Under the pieces are notes generated by a model, which was not told where the DNA came from, searched no databases, and worked only from the letters and a program-made list of their open reading frames with translations. A stretch of 64,000 nt of DNA from Anaeramoeba ignava BMAN (Eukaryota; Protista; Anaeramoebae): the NCBI GenBank assembly GCA_028826165.1, contig JAPDFW010000060.1, forward strand, positions 372,001 through 436,000, given 5' to 3'. This document shows positions 34,984 through 48,471 of the stretch, piece by piece. Position 1 is the stretch's first letter, and the number at the start of each line of letters is the position of its first letter. The translations under genes and the position numbers were made by a program.

Positions 34984-37900
34984 TTAATTTTTGAATTTGA
35001 TTTCTTTTGTAAAAATTGATGGAAATATTCCTTGTTTTCCTTTTTTTTCTCCTTTCCACCATCCATTTGAATTTTTTTGAATAATTTTAATAATATCAAA
35101 TTTTTCAAATGATAATTCATCATTTTTTTTTCCTTCAAAACTAAATAAAGCTATAACATGATTTATAAATTGATTTTTTGGTTTTTGAGATTTTGGAGCA
35201 ATTTCATTTGGTAAATTTTTTGATAAAATTCCTTTTTCAATTTCAATTTGATTTTGATTTTCATTTTGATTTTCATTTTGAATTTGATTTTGATTTTCAT
35301 TTTGATTTTGATTTTGATTTTCATTTTGATTTTGATTTTGATTTTTTTCATCAACAATTTCATATTCATATTCATATTCACTTTCATCTTCACTTTCTTT
35401 TTGATTTTCTTTTTGATTTTCTTTTTGATTTTCTTTTTGATTTTCTTTTTCTTTTTCTTTTTCTTTTTCTTTTCTTTTCTTTTTCAATTTCAATTTCAAT
35501 TTGATTTTGATTTTTTTCATCAACAATTTCATATTCATATTCATATTCACTTTCATCTTCACTATTTTCTTTTAATTCATTATTTAATTCATTTTCATTT
35601 TCATTTTCATTTTCATTTTCATTTTCACTTTCATTTTCACTTTCAACAAATCCTCCAAGTTTATCAATTTGTTGATTTACATAATCTAATATATTATCTT
35701 CATTCATTTCTTTTTTTAAATTTTCTTTATCTTTTTTTAAATTTTCTTTATCTTTTTTTAAATTATCTTTATCTAAATTTTCTTTTGGTTTTTCTAAATT
35801 TTCTTTTTTTTCAATTCCAATAATTTCTTGGGAATTTTTCTTAATAAATTCAGGAAAATCTTCAGATTCTAATAATAAATTAATAGCAAATCGATTTGCT
35901 TTTCTTGGAGTATTTGGACTTAAAAGTAAATTTGATGTTTGACTTCTTTTCATATCTTGATTAGAATCTAAATCTTCTATATTCAATTTAGGAATATTTT
36001 TAAAAATATTATTTTGTGAATTTTCAGGAAATTTATTTGTTAAAGAATATCCTCTTTTTCTTGTTTCTGGATTTTGATCTTCTTTCTCATTTGATTTTGA
36101 TGAATTTTTCTTTACATTTGAAACATTAATAATTAATGAATTTCTTTTTTTTTGTAGAAATAAATTTGAATTTAAACCAATATCATTTTGGAATTGAATT
36201 TTCATGCTTTTTCTGCTTTTTCCAATAAATTCAAGTGAATTATTAACTTGAATAGGAATTGAAGCTCTTTTTGATTTTCGATTTTCTGTTAAAATTTTAA
36301 TAAAATTTGATTTATTTTCATCTTCAATAAAAATATCTTGTTTAGAAACTTTAAACAATATAAACGGATCTTCAAATTTTGAAATGTGAATTTCGTTAAT
36401 TTCTGGTAAAGGAAGTCTTGTGGTAATTTTCAATTCAGATTCATCTTTTCCTTTAGATTTTCTTTTTTTCCTTCTACTTCCAATTAAATATAAAGCATCT
36501 TCTGTTAAAATTATTGCAGATTTTTCTCTTTTTGGTTTACTTCTTAATTTGGTGAATTTTATTCTGTGGATTTCATTTGAATAAAGTAATTTTTCAGAAT
36601 CATAACTATAAAGTTCCATCAATTTGATAATTTCTGGATTTGAAAAATAAAACATATTATTTTTATGAACTTGACTTTTTGGTCTACTTGTTCTTAATTT
36701 TTGATTTTGATTTGAATCCTTTTCTCTTTCTTTTGGTTCATTCATTTTTTCTTCATATTTTCGATAACTTTTTTGTATTTTTATTGCTGCTTCATCAAGT
36801 TTAATTTGTTTGAATTTATCCAATTTAACAATAATTTCAGGTTTATAAATATAAAGATCAGATTCTCCAATTTCATAATCTTTTTCATTTGCTTCAATTT
36901 TTTGTAAAATTATTTTCACACCAAGTTGAAGTTCTCCTCTAAATTCTGGCCATGTTTGATTGCTAATAATTCCATAATCATTAATAAAATGTTTTGGACT
37001 TTCTTGATAAAAAGATACTCTTTTTTTCATTTTAACTGTTTTTTTTTTGAAAATTTAAAAAGAAGAATTAAAATTATTTAATTCAATTTTCAATTTTCAA
37101 TTTTCTGATAATTTACTTAATGGAACTAATTGCATTGAATCAACTTGTTGTTGAACATATTTACTTTCGAAACTATTTAATTTTTTTGAATTATTTGCTC
37201 GAATACAATAAATAATATGTTGTTTCATTTCTTGAATATTTTTTTCCAATTCTTGAATAATTTGAATAAATTTTGTTCCCAATAAATTTCCAGTTTTATT
37301 TTGAATATTTGCAATATTTGCTGAGAATATTTTCTTAATCAATTTCAATTTACTTGTTTGTAACATTACAATAGAATCAAATTGAATCATTCTTGAATTT
37401 TCTTGAAAAAAATTATCAATATTATAAACAACCTAAATAATTATAAAAAAAAAATTTTTTTTTAAAATGATAATTTTGTTATTTAAATATAAATAATTTG
37501 ATAAATTACATCTCCAAAAAAATGAGAAATTATAAATTCTGATTGTTTTTTTGGTGAATATTTGATTTTTTTCTGAGATTTCTCTGCAATTTTTTGTATT
37601 TGAGAAATTAATTGATCCAATTCATATTTATTTGGATCTTCACAAGATTTATTTATAGAATAAATAATTCCATTTGGATCTTGATCTTCTATAAAATTAC
37701 ATATAATTTGATTATCATTAAATGGGATATTTTGCCATTTAATTTTCTCTTTTTGATATTGAGATTGATCTTTTTTAAGGATATTTATTGTTGATAATTG
37801 TTGTAATTTTTCATTTAAATAATTTGTAAATAATCCATTTAAATCTTGTTTATCAATTTTTTGGAAACCTGAATAATCAAGAATTTTGATTTCGAATTCA

Positions 37901-40900
37901 TGATCTTGATTACTATTTAAATTTTTATTGATTATTTCAATAATATATTCAAAAACTCTTGAATACATTTCAGAAGCTAAAGCATCTCTTGTTTTTTGTG
38001 CCTAAAACAAAATAAAACAAAACAAAAAAATTTGAATTTAAATTTGAATTTTTCTTTAAAAAAAGAAAACAGACTTCATTAAGAGTTTGTGGAATTGAAT
38101 AAGCAGAAATTGTATCTGTTGAAATTTCAGATGAAATTGTTTTAAAAGTTAAAGAATTTATTAAAGAATTAGGATCAACTTTAATTAAAGATGAAATCCA
38201 AGAAATTGTTGTTTGATTTGAAATTATAGCATTTTCATTTTCTTCTTCAAATTGAATATTTCCAATAAATAAAATTGCAATAAGAATTTGAAATATTTTT
38301 GATTGTGTTTTTTGTGTAATTCCAAGATCATTAAATGCTTGTTGTGTTTTAACAAGTTCATGAGAATCATTAACACCTTCAATACTAAATCTTCCACTTT
38401 GTGTTAAAAAATTAAATTCATCGATTGAAGAAACACCTAATTGTTCTATTTTTTAAATAAATTTTTAAATAAATTTTTAAATAAATTTTTAAATAAATTT
38501 TCAAATAAATTTTTAAATAAATTTTTAAATAAATTTTTAAATAAATTTTTAAATAAATTTTCAAATAAATTATTAAATTATTAAATAAATTTTTAAATAA
38601 ATTTTTCAAATAAATTTTTAAATAAATTTTTAAATAAATTTTAAATAAATTTTTTTCAAATAAATTTTTAAATAAATAATTTTCAAATAAATTTTCAAAT
38701 AAATTTTTAAATAAATTTTTAAATAAATTTTTAAATAAATTTTTAAATAAATTTTTAAATAAATTTTTAAATAAATTTTTAAATAAATTTTCAAATTTTT
38801 AAATAAATTTTTAAATAAATTTTAAAATAAATTTTTAAATAAATTTTTAAATAAATTTTCAAATAAATTTTCAAATAAATTTTCGGAATAAATTTTAAAT
38901 AAATTTTTAAATAAATTTTTAAATAAATTTTAAAAATTTTTAAATAAATTTTTAAAATTTTCAAATTTTCAAATAAATTTTAAATAAATTTTTCAAATAA
39001 ATTTTAAATAAATTTTTAAATAAATTTTCAAATAAATTTTTAAATAAATTTTTAAATAAATTTTTAAATAAATTTTCAAATAAATTTTAAATAAATTTTC
39101 AAATAAATTTTCAAATAAATTTTAAATAAATTTTTAAATAAATTTTCAAATAAATTTTTAAATAAATTTTTAAATAAATTTTTAAATAAATTTTTAAATA
39201 AATTTTTAAATAAATTTTTAAATAGATTTTTAAATAAATTTAATTTAAATATTTTTTCAACCTTTTTCTTCAATTTTTAATCCTCTAAGTAATTGATAAA
39301 ATATATGAAAATTTCTTTCTCCTTTTTTTCTTGTATAAATTCTTGAACTTTCAATAAATATTTTATTAACTTTCATTCCACAAATATTTCCTTTTTTATT
39401 AAAATGAATTTCAAAAAAGCTTTCCTTTAAAATTGAATTCAAAAAAAATGAAAATCAATTTAATATTTAATATTATAATATTATAATATTATAATTTATT
39501 ACAAATCTTGTTGAATTTGGATTTTGTTTTGTTGCTGCATTTCCAAATACTTCTAATAATTTAAAACAACTTTGAATTTTTTTAATATTTTGATTTTCAT
39601 TTTCAATTAAAGAATTAAGTAAAAGAAATTCCATAATCTCTTTTGTTGTTTGTGTTTTTCCTATAATTTATAATTTATAATTTATAATTAAATTTTCTTC
39701 TTTCTTTTTTTTTAAAAGAAATAAAATACCAGATCCACTTTCACCACTAATTTTAATTTTAAATTTTATTTTTATTTTTAATTTTAAATTTAAATTTAAT
39801 TTTATTTTTAATTTTAATTTTAATTTTTAATTTTAATTTTAATTTTAATTTTAATTTTAATTTTAATTTTAATTTTAATTTTAATTTTAATTTTAATTTT
39901 AATTTTAATTTTAATTTTAATTTTAATTTTAATTTTTAATTTTAATTTTAATTTTAATTTTTAATTTTTAATTTTAATTTTAATTTTAATTTTTAATTTT
40001 TAATTTTAATTTTAATTTTAATTTTAATTTTAATTTTAATTTTAATTTTAATTTTTTAATTTTAATTTTAATTTTAATTTTAAATTAATTTTTAATTTTA
40101 ATTTTAATTTTAAATTTTAATTTTAATTTTAAATTTTAATTTTAATTTTAATTTTAATTTTTAATTTTAATTTTAATTTTAATTTTAATTTTAATTTTAA
40201 TTTTAATTTTAATTTTAATTTTAATTTTAATTTTAAATTTTAATTTTAAATTTTAATTTTAATTTTTAATTTTAATTTTTATTTTAATTTTAAATTTTAA
40301 AATTTTAATTTTAATTTTAATTTTAATTTTAATTTTAATTTTAATTTTAATTTTAATTTTAATTTTAATTTTAATTTTAATTTTAATTTTAATTTTAATT
40401 TTTAATTTTTAATTTTAATTTTAATTTTTAATTTTAATTTTAATTTTTAATTTTAATTTTTAATTTTAATTTTAATTTTAATGATTTTAATTTTAATTTT
40501 AATTTTAATTTTAATTTTAATTTTAATTTTAATTTAAAAATTTTTAATTTTAATTTTAATTTTAATTTTAATTTTGATTTTTAATTTTAATTTTTAATTA
40601 TAATTTTAATTATAATTTTAATTTTAATTTTAATTTTTAATTTTTAATTTTAATTTTTAATTTTAATTTTAATTTTAATTTTAATTTTAATTTTTAATTT
40701 TAATTTTAATTTTAATTTTAATTATAATTTTAATTTTTATAAATGAATTTTAATTCTAATTTTAAATTTAAATTTAATTTTAATTTTTAATTTTAAATTT
40801 TAAATTTAAATTTTAATTTTTAAATTTTAAATTTTAATTTTAATTCTAATTTTAATTTTTAATTTTGATTTAAATTTTAAAATTTAATTTTAATTTTAAT

Positions 40901-41478
40901 TTTAATTTTAATTTTAATTTTAATTTTAATTTTAATTTTAATTTTAATTTTAAATTTAATTTTAATTTTAATTTTAAATTTAATTTTAATTTTGATTTTG
41001 ATTTTATAAATGAATTTGAATTCTAATTTTATTTTTAATTTTAATTTTGATTATAATTTTAATTTTAATTTGAATTTTAATTCTTGTTTACTTGAGAACA
41101 ATTAATTGATTTTGTTTTTTTTCAATCATTTCAAGATAAATTTTATCAATAAAAGCAAATAAATCAGGAGGATAAAATCTTCTTGGATAAAATCTTGTTT
41201 TTTTTGTAATTTCTAACGGAAAAGTTTGAAAAGAATTTAACCGAACTAAATAATAACCAATATAAGTCTTAATTTAAAAATAAAAATTAAAATAAAAAAT
41301 TAAAAATTATTTATTATTATTTGCCAAATATTTTTTATTGTAAATTATTTACATGAAGATTATTTGAATCAAATCTTTTTTTTATTGCTTTTGTAATTGC
41401 ATTTATTGATGGTTTTGATAAATTTAAAAGATCATCTTTAATAGTAAAAGGTATTTCAATTTCACTTATTTTTGACAT
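34984..41478 (-). CDS. Divergent class-I-like myosin (motor, IQ, TH1, acidic linker, SH3), multi-exon
   Basis: P-loop SGESGSGKT split over a 17-nt exon near 39740, FGNAATKQNPNSTRF, ERNFHIFYQLL, NEKLQQ, IQKSYR, and C-terminal SH3 (ALFSF...ELSF...WWKG...GIFPS). Apparent 1-nt frameshift near 35480 in low-complexity sequence. Confidence 0.85.
39760..41080. repeat. Intronic (ttttaa)n expansion in the myosin gene
   Basis: Seen directly. Confidence 0.9.
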
Positions 41479-41565
41479 TTAAAATTAAATTAAAAAAAGA
41501 AAAAAAATGAAAATAATTTTTTTTAAATTTTTCATTTTTTTTCTTCTTTTTTTTTATTAAAAATA

Positions 41566-44500
41566 ATGATTTCTCATTCAATAGATAAATTAATTTCTAG
41601 TCAAAATACTTGGCTTGTTGAATTATTTGAAGAAGATTCTTTTATTGAATCTTGCAAATTTTCATCAAAAAAATTAATAAATTTGTAATTAATTAAAAAT
41701 TTAAAAATTAAATTAAGAAAAAAATTAATTAATTTAAATCTAAATAATAAAAAAAAATTTTAGTATGTCTTCAAAAGAAATTATTAGTCAATTTATTAGT
41801 TTATTACTTCCTTTAAAAGAATATCAAAGAAATCAAAAATATGGAATTAAGTAATAAATTAAAATTTTGATTAAAAAAATTCGAAAAAAAAAAATTTATT
41901 TTGTTCTTAAATTTTTTTTTTTCCAAATAAATTTTAAATTAAGATATCCTTTTATTGCAAATCAATTAGTTCAAATTACTTTTGAACCAATATTTAGAAT
42001 TTTATCAAATAATTCTTCTTTATTGGATAAATTATTTCAATTTTTAGATCAAGATCCTCCAATTGGAACTGTTTATTCTGGTTATTTTGCAACTTTAGTA
42101 ATCAGTTTATTATCAACATCAACTGATGAAGTAAACATTTTGAAACTCAAATTCAAATTCAAATTCAATTTCAAATTCAATTTCTAAATCAAATTCAATT
42201 TCAAATTCAATTTCTAAATCAAATTCAATTTCAATTTCAATTTCAAATTCAATTTCAAATTCAAAATCAATTTCAATTTCCAATTCAATTTCAATTTCTA
42301 AATCAATTTCAAATTCAAATTCAATTTCAAATTCAATTTCAAATTCAATTTCAAATTCAATTTCAATTTCAAATTAAATTTCAATTTCAAATTCAATTTC
42401 TAAATCAAATTCAAATTCAATTTCAATTTCAAATTCAATTTCAAAATCAAATTCAAATTCAAATTTAAAATTTAATTTAAAATTCAATTTCAAATTCAAT
42501 TTCAAATTCAATTTCAATTTCTAAATCAATTTCAAATTCAAAATCAAATTCAATTTCAATTTCAATTTCAATTTCAATTTCAATTTCAATTTCAATTTCA
42601 ATTTCAAATTCAATTTAAAATTTAATTTAAAATTCAATTTCAATTTCAATTTCAATTTCAATTTCAAATTCAAATTTAAAATTCAAATTCAAATTCAAAT
42701 TCAATTTAAAATTCAATTTCAATTTCAATTTCAAATTCAATTTCAAATTCAAATTCAATTTCAATTTCAAATTCAAATTCAAATTCAAATTTTAATTTTA
42801 ATTAATTTTAATTTAAAATTAAATTTTATTATAAAAGTTAATTAATTACCTTTTGCAAAAAAAACAAGTGATTCAACGTTTATTAGTTCATATTAATGAT
42901 TCAAATTGTTCTTTAATATTAAATGAAATTATAAACATTTCAAATGATGATCTTTTTTCTGAAAAAATATCAAATGTATTTAATTTTAAAATAATTTTAA
43001 TTAAATTCAAAAAAAATTTATTAAAATTATTATTTAGTATTTTATGCAAAATAATTATGTAACTGAAATGATAAAAAGACTCCATTTTTCAACAACAGAT
43101 TTAGTATGAAAATAAATTTATTTATCAATTTATCTTTAAAGGAAAAAATGGAAAAGAAATGATTTTAAATTCAAAATAAAAATTTTTTATTTAGGAAATT
43201 TCAAATATTAGTCAATGTTTAGAAAATATTATAATGATGTCTTTAACAAAAAATAATAAATTAAGTTTATATGTTAAATCAAAACAATTTTTTGAACAAC
43301 TTATGAATGAATATAAAGGAGAAGTATTAAAAATCAAATAAATCAAAATCCAAAAATCAAAATTCAAAAATTCAAAAATTCAATGTTTTTAGAATTCAAA
43401 AATAATGCTTTCTAAAGGATTAGGAATTCTTCAAAAATCAGTACAAATGATTGGATGGATAATTTCAGGAAATGAATCTTATAAAGAACTTCCAGAACTT
43501 TTTCATGTTATAAATAATAATATATCTTATTTTTCAGGACAACTTTTTGTAAATTGAAAAACAATTTGGAAAATAATTTGAAAATAATTTAAAATTAATT
43601 TAATTTTAAAGATAAAAGAAAAACTTATCAAATTATCATCAGGAAAAATAGAAGCTTTTGGATTAAGAAGATTATCAATAATTCAGTTTTTTAAAGAACT
43701 TTTTTTAATTCCTCATTTATTTATAGAAAATGGACTTATTCAAAATCAAGTTTTAAAAATAATTATTGTATATTTTTTATTTTAGAAAAAAAATTTAAAA
43801 CAAATTTTATATTTTATATTTTAAAAAATGAAATAGAATTTATTCTTTGAATATAAATATAATAATTTCCTACATAATTTAGTAACTGATTTAATAATAG
43901 ATTTATTAGAAGATGATTCAAAAAATCATTTAAATTTTTTATTTAATGAATGTGAAATTATTCAAAAAATAATAAATGAAGTTTATTTTCAATCAGAAAA
44001 AGTATTTATATTTATCAAAAAGAAAAATGAATTTAAAAATTAAAAAAAAATAATTAAAAATAATTAGTCAAGTTGGATATAAAGATCATTTAATAAGAAT
44101 TTCAAATGCTATTATTAAATATTCTGAAGATAATATAGATATTTTTAGAATGTTAGAAGGTAAATAAAAATAAAATGATTTTTTTTAAAATTAATATTTA
44201 TTTAAAGAATTTAAAAATTAAAAAGAAAATAAAAGATGGAATGAATATAAACAAACAAAATTATTTAAATATAATGAACTTACTTCAATAAGTCTTGGTG
44301 AAGTTGGAAATTTTAAAAAAGATAATTTTGATTATGAACCTGATGAAATTTTTATTAAAGAAGAAGATAATAAAGTTAATATTAAAAAATTATTATTTAA
44401 ATTTAAAAAATCAAAAATAATTTATTAAAAATAAAACTTTTTTAAATTTATAAAGCTTAAAAATTTATCTCAAACTCGATTTATTCCAAACAGAAATCAA

Positions 44501-44965
44501 AATTTAAATCAAAATCAAAATCAAAATCAAAATCAAAATTTAAATCAAAATCAAAATCTAAATCTAAATCTAAATCAAAATCAAAATCAAAATCAAAATC
44601 AAAATAGAAACAGAAATCGAAACAGAAATCAAAATCAAAATTTAAATCAAAATCAAAATCAAAAATCAAATCAAAATCAAATTCAAATTCAAAATCAAAA
44701 TCAAAATCAAAATCAAAATTTAAATCAAAATCAAAATAAAAATCAAAATCAAAATAAAAATCAAAATCAAAATAAAAATCAAAATCAAAATCAAAATCAA
44801 AATCAAAATCAAAATCAAAATCAAATTAAAAATCAAAATCAAAATCAAAATCAAAATCAAAAAATTGAACAAATTAATGAAAATGAATTTGTTGAACAAT
44901 TTGTTTATAATTTAGATGAAGAATATGAAGTAGGTTATGATTCTGATGAAGAATATGAAATTTAA
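41566..44965 (+). CDS. SAPS-domain protein (PP6/SIT4 phosphatase regulatory subunit), multi-exon
   Basis: Exon translations include LVELFEEDSFIESCK, RYPFIANQLV, YSGYFATLV, FGLRRLSIIQFF, LFFEYKYNNFLHNLV and GYKDHLIRISN, with an acidic/QN-rich tail. Confidence 0.85.
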
Positions 44966-45023
44966 AAATTTAAAAATTAAAAAATTAAAAAATTTGTTGT
45001 TTTTAATTAATAAAATACAAAAT

Positions 45024-47111
45024 TCAAATTTTTTTCAAAAATAAATCAATTATTGAATTTTCATTTAATTGATAATAATCTTTTACATCTCTTAATTCTT
45101 CTTTCATTTCTCGATTAATTTTGATTTCTTTATCAAATTTATCATGATAAAGAAAATAAATAATTTGATTTAATGTTTGAAAAGATTTTTTTGAATAATC
45201 ATGAACTTGATTTGATTTATCTTCAATATTTAATTGAAACATTCCTTTGAATAATTCACTTCTTATTATTAAAACTAATTTATGAACTTTGATTTCTTTT
45301 TCTTTTCCATTTTCTTCAATAATTATTTTAAAATCTTTTGAATCATTTTGTTGATATAATTTTTTTAAATCTTTTAATATTCCTTTTATTCCTTTTTTCG
45401 ATTCAATCCATTTTAAATCAAATCCAATTTGTTTGAAAAATTCTTGCATTATTTTCTTTTTTTGATTCCATTTTGATTTTAGTTCTTTTTTTTCAGAATA
45501 AAACGAATCAGGAGAATTTTTTAAAGTATCAATTTGATCATAAAATTGGTCAAAATCAGGAAAACCTGTGTAAAGAAAATTCAAAGCAATTTGAACATTT
45601 TGTTTTGGATTTTTTTGACAATTTACAATAAACTTTTCCAAAATTGATTGATTGTAATCAAGTCTTGAAGATAAAATTAATTTATGAACATTAAATTTGA
45701 ATCCATCATTTGATTCAATTTGAAAATCGGAAAAATTTTCGTTTTGATTCAATTTGAAAAAGTTGTTTAAATCTTGGTTGATTGAATAAATTTGAATCCA
45801 CAAATCAAGGTTTTCTTGAGAAATTAAACGATATTGTTTTATATCAAAAGCATTGAAATCATTTGCTATTAAAATGCTGTATAATTTGTTATTTTGATTG
45901 TGGATTGCAAGAAAAAAAGGAGTTTCATCATAAGTTGTTTTTGCGTTAATATTTGCGCCATTTTGAACAAGAAATTTGACAATTTTCAACGAATTTTCAG
46001 TTTGGATTTGTAATTTACAAAGAATAAGTAGTGCTGTTTCTTGATAGAAATTTGGTAAATTCACATCTGCTCCGTTTTCAATTAAAACTTTGACCATTTC
46101 AAATGATTTTTTCTCACTTGCTATTAATAAAGGTGTTTGTTGTGATGTCAATTTCACATTGACATTTGCTCCTTTTGATATTAAATACTTCGCAATTTCA
46201 ATCAAGTTTTGTTGACATGCAAGTATTAAAGGTGTTTCGTTTCTAAATGTTCTGGCATTGACATCTAATCCTTTTGAAACAAGAAATTCCACAATTTCAA
46301 GTGAATTTGGTTGTTTGCAAACAAGATGCAAATATGTTTCTTCAGAATTTGTTTTCAAATTAAAATCTGCACCTTTTGATATTAAAAATTTGACAATTTC
46401 AAACTGACTTGGGTTTTGACTTTGACAAACAAATTGTAAAGCTGTTTCATTGTATTTTGTTTTGGCATTGATATCTGCACCTTTTTCAAAGAGGAATTTA
46501 ATCATTTCAAATAAATTGGTGTTTTCATTTCCATTTTTGCAAATTAAATGCAAAGATGTTTCTTGTTGATAATTTGTGTCATTGATGTCTAAACCTTTTG
46601 AAATGAAAAATTTGACAAATTCAAAAGTATTTTCATTTTGAAATCGACAAGAATAATGTAAAGCAGTTTCGTTGTATTTTGTTTTGGCATTGACATCTGC
46701 ACCTTTTGAAACTAAGAATTTGACAGATTCAATTGAATTTGTTTTGCAAACATAATGCAAAGGTGTTTCATCAACATCATTTTTGGCATTGACATCTGCA
46801 CCTTTTGAAATGAGAAATTTGATCACATCAATTGAATTTTGACTTTGGCTTTGACAAGCATATTGTAATGGTGTTTCTTTGGAATAATTTGTTTTGGCAT
46901 TAACATCTGCACCTTTTGAAATGAGAAATTCAATCATTTGAAATTGATTTTGAAATTGATTTTCATTTTTACAAATTAAATGTAAAATTGTTTCTTCATT
47001 TTCATTTTTAGAATTAACATCAACTCCTTTTGAAATTATATTTTGAATTTCTTGAAATGAATTTTCTTTATAAAGAGTAAATAAATCTTTTTTTGGAAAT
47101 GATTGACCCAT
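45024..47111 (-). CDS. Ankyrin-repeat (~11) plus BTB/POZ domain protein
   Basis: Repeated ETPLHYxC...GADVNAK. BTB-like FSDFQI..FNVHKLILSSR and KDFKI..IKVHKLVLIIRSELF. ATG at 47111 (MGQSF). Intronless. Confidence 0.9.
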   Translation of the reverse strand: MGQSFPKKDLFTLYKENSFQEIQNIISKGVDVNSKNENEETILHLICKNENQFQNQFQMIEFLISKGADVNAKTNYSKETPLQYACQSQSQNSIDVIKFLISKGADVNAKNDVDETPLHYVCKTNSIESVKFLVSKGADVNAKTKYNETALHYSCRFQNENTFEFVKFFISKGLDINDTNYQQETSLHLICKNGNENTNLFEMIKFLFEKGADINAKTKYNETALQFVCQSQNPSQFEIVKFLISKGADFNLKTNSEETYLHLVCKQPNSLEIVEFLVSKGLDVNARTFRNETPLILACQQNLIEIAKYLISKGANVNVKLTSQQTPLLIASEKKSFEMVKVLIENGADVNLPNFYQETALLILCKLQIQTENSLKIVKFLVQNGANINAKTTYDETPFFLAIHNQNNKLYSILIANDFNAFDIKQYRLISQENLDLWIQIYSINQDLNNFFKLNQNENFSDFQIESNDGFKFNVHKLILSSRLDYNQSILEKFIVNCQKNPKQNVQIALNFLYTGFPDFDQFYDQIDTLKNSPDSFYSEKKELKSKWNQKKKIMQEFFKQIGFDLKWIESKKGIKGILKDLKKLYQQNDSKDFKIIIEENGKEKEIKVHKLVLIIRSELFKGMFQLNIEDKSNQVHDYSKKSFQTLNQIIYFLYHDKFDKEIKINREMKEELRDVKDYYQLNENSIIDLFLKKI

Positions 47112-47183
47112 TTTTAAATTATCAAAAAACAAAAAAAAAAAAAACTGAAAAAATTTTTTCCATTTTTTTTTTCCGATTTAAAA

Positions 47184-48347
47184 ATGAATTCAGTAATTTT
47201 TCAAACATCAGAACTAATATCACAATTTTCATTATTAAGAAACGATCCCAAATTCAGCGATTGCATTGTACAAACAAGAGAAAAAACATTTCATTGCCAT
47301 CAAACTATATTATCAATAAGAAGTACTTATTTTTACGTTAAACTTCATGAAATGGAATCCAAAATCTTGATGATCGATGACATCACTACTTCTATTATGG
47401 AGCAAGTTTTCAATTATATATACTCGGCAAAAGTGGACATTGATGAAACAAACTGCTTGTATCTTTACAAGGCCTCACGCAAACTTGGGTTGGGGATGCT
47501 TGTTCCACTGTGTTATGAATATATCAAATCGATTATGAACTATGAAAATATCATTGAAATATTTAGTTTTGGATTGGATTTCAATTTGAAAAGATTGCAG
47601 AAATTGTGCCGCAATTTTATTTTGGTCAATTTTTCCGATTTGCAACCCTATTTATTAGAAATGGATTTATCAGAACAAATGGAAAAAATTTTAACTGAAA
47701 TTTACTTGCAAATTTTTGATAGAAATTTTGATGTGTTTTATTCGATTATTGAGAAGAAGTTTAAATCGAAGGCCATTAACCAATTTTGCTGTATTTTAAT
47801 GAAAAACTTGATTGACAAGAATGTTTTCAATTCAAAGTATTCCAAAAAATCGAAAATGAATGATCTAATAATTTCAAGAATGGAAGAAATGAATTTTTTA
47901 AAGAAAAAAGAAAATTTGCTGAAGAAATTCCTGAATGACAAGGAAAACGTTATTTATTCGCATGTAATTTTTTCGCAGAACAAAAGCTTCTTGCGCTTGC
48001 TGATCAAATCTGATGCTGTTTTGCAATTTTCTTGTGAAACTTCTTTCATTTCACTTGAAATTAAAGATATTTTACTAATTGATCAAAATGGACGAATTGA
48101 AATAACTAATAATCAAAAAGCGCAAAATAAAAATATCAATAAAAAGAATAAAATTCAAACTGTCCAGATAAAAGCGAGAAATATTGTTAATTTTGGCGAG
48201 ATTTTTTGCGATTGCAAAATTCAATTTGTTGGAAACGTTATAAATCAAGGAAAAATTTGGACATCAAATCCAATCAAGAATTCGATTCTAATTCAAGGGT
48301 TTTGGCTTGGAAGGGATTCTAAGCCTAAATATATGAATAAGAATTGA
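47184..48347 (+). CDS. BTB/POZ(-BACK) domain protein
   Basis: FSDCIV...FHCHQTILSIRSTYF, FNYIYSAKV. Confidence 0.85.
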   Translation: MNSVIFQTSELISQFSLLRNDPKFSDCIVQTREKTFHCHQTILSIRSTYFYVKLHEMESKILMIDDITTSIMEQVFNYIYSAKVDIDETNCLYLYKASRKLGLGMLVPLCYEYIKSIMNYENIIEIFSFGLDFNLKRLQKLCRNFILVNFSDLQPYLLEMDLSEQMEKILTEIYLQIFDRNFDVFYSIIEKKFKSKAINQFCCILMKNLIDKNVFNSKYSKKSKMNDLIISRMEEMNFLKKKENLLKKFLNDKENVIYSHVIFSQNKSFLRLLIKSDAVLQFSCETSFISLEIKDILLIDQNGRIEITNNQKAQNKNINKKNKIQTVQIKARNIVNFGEIFCDCKIQFVGNVINQGKIWTSNPIKNSILIQGFWLGRDSKPKYMNKN

Positions 48348-48471
48348 AATTTTTGGATAAAAAAAAATTTTTCAATTAAAAATTTTTAATCATTTTTTTC
48401 TTTTTTTTTTTTTCTTTTTATTATTAAAAAAAAAATATAATTATAATTATAATATTAATAAAACAAAATAT

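Noticed and set aside
35163-35823. Several overlapping ORFs (FDFDF, ILILI, KMKIK)
   Set aside because: Alternative-frame translations of the myosin's low-complexity linker.
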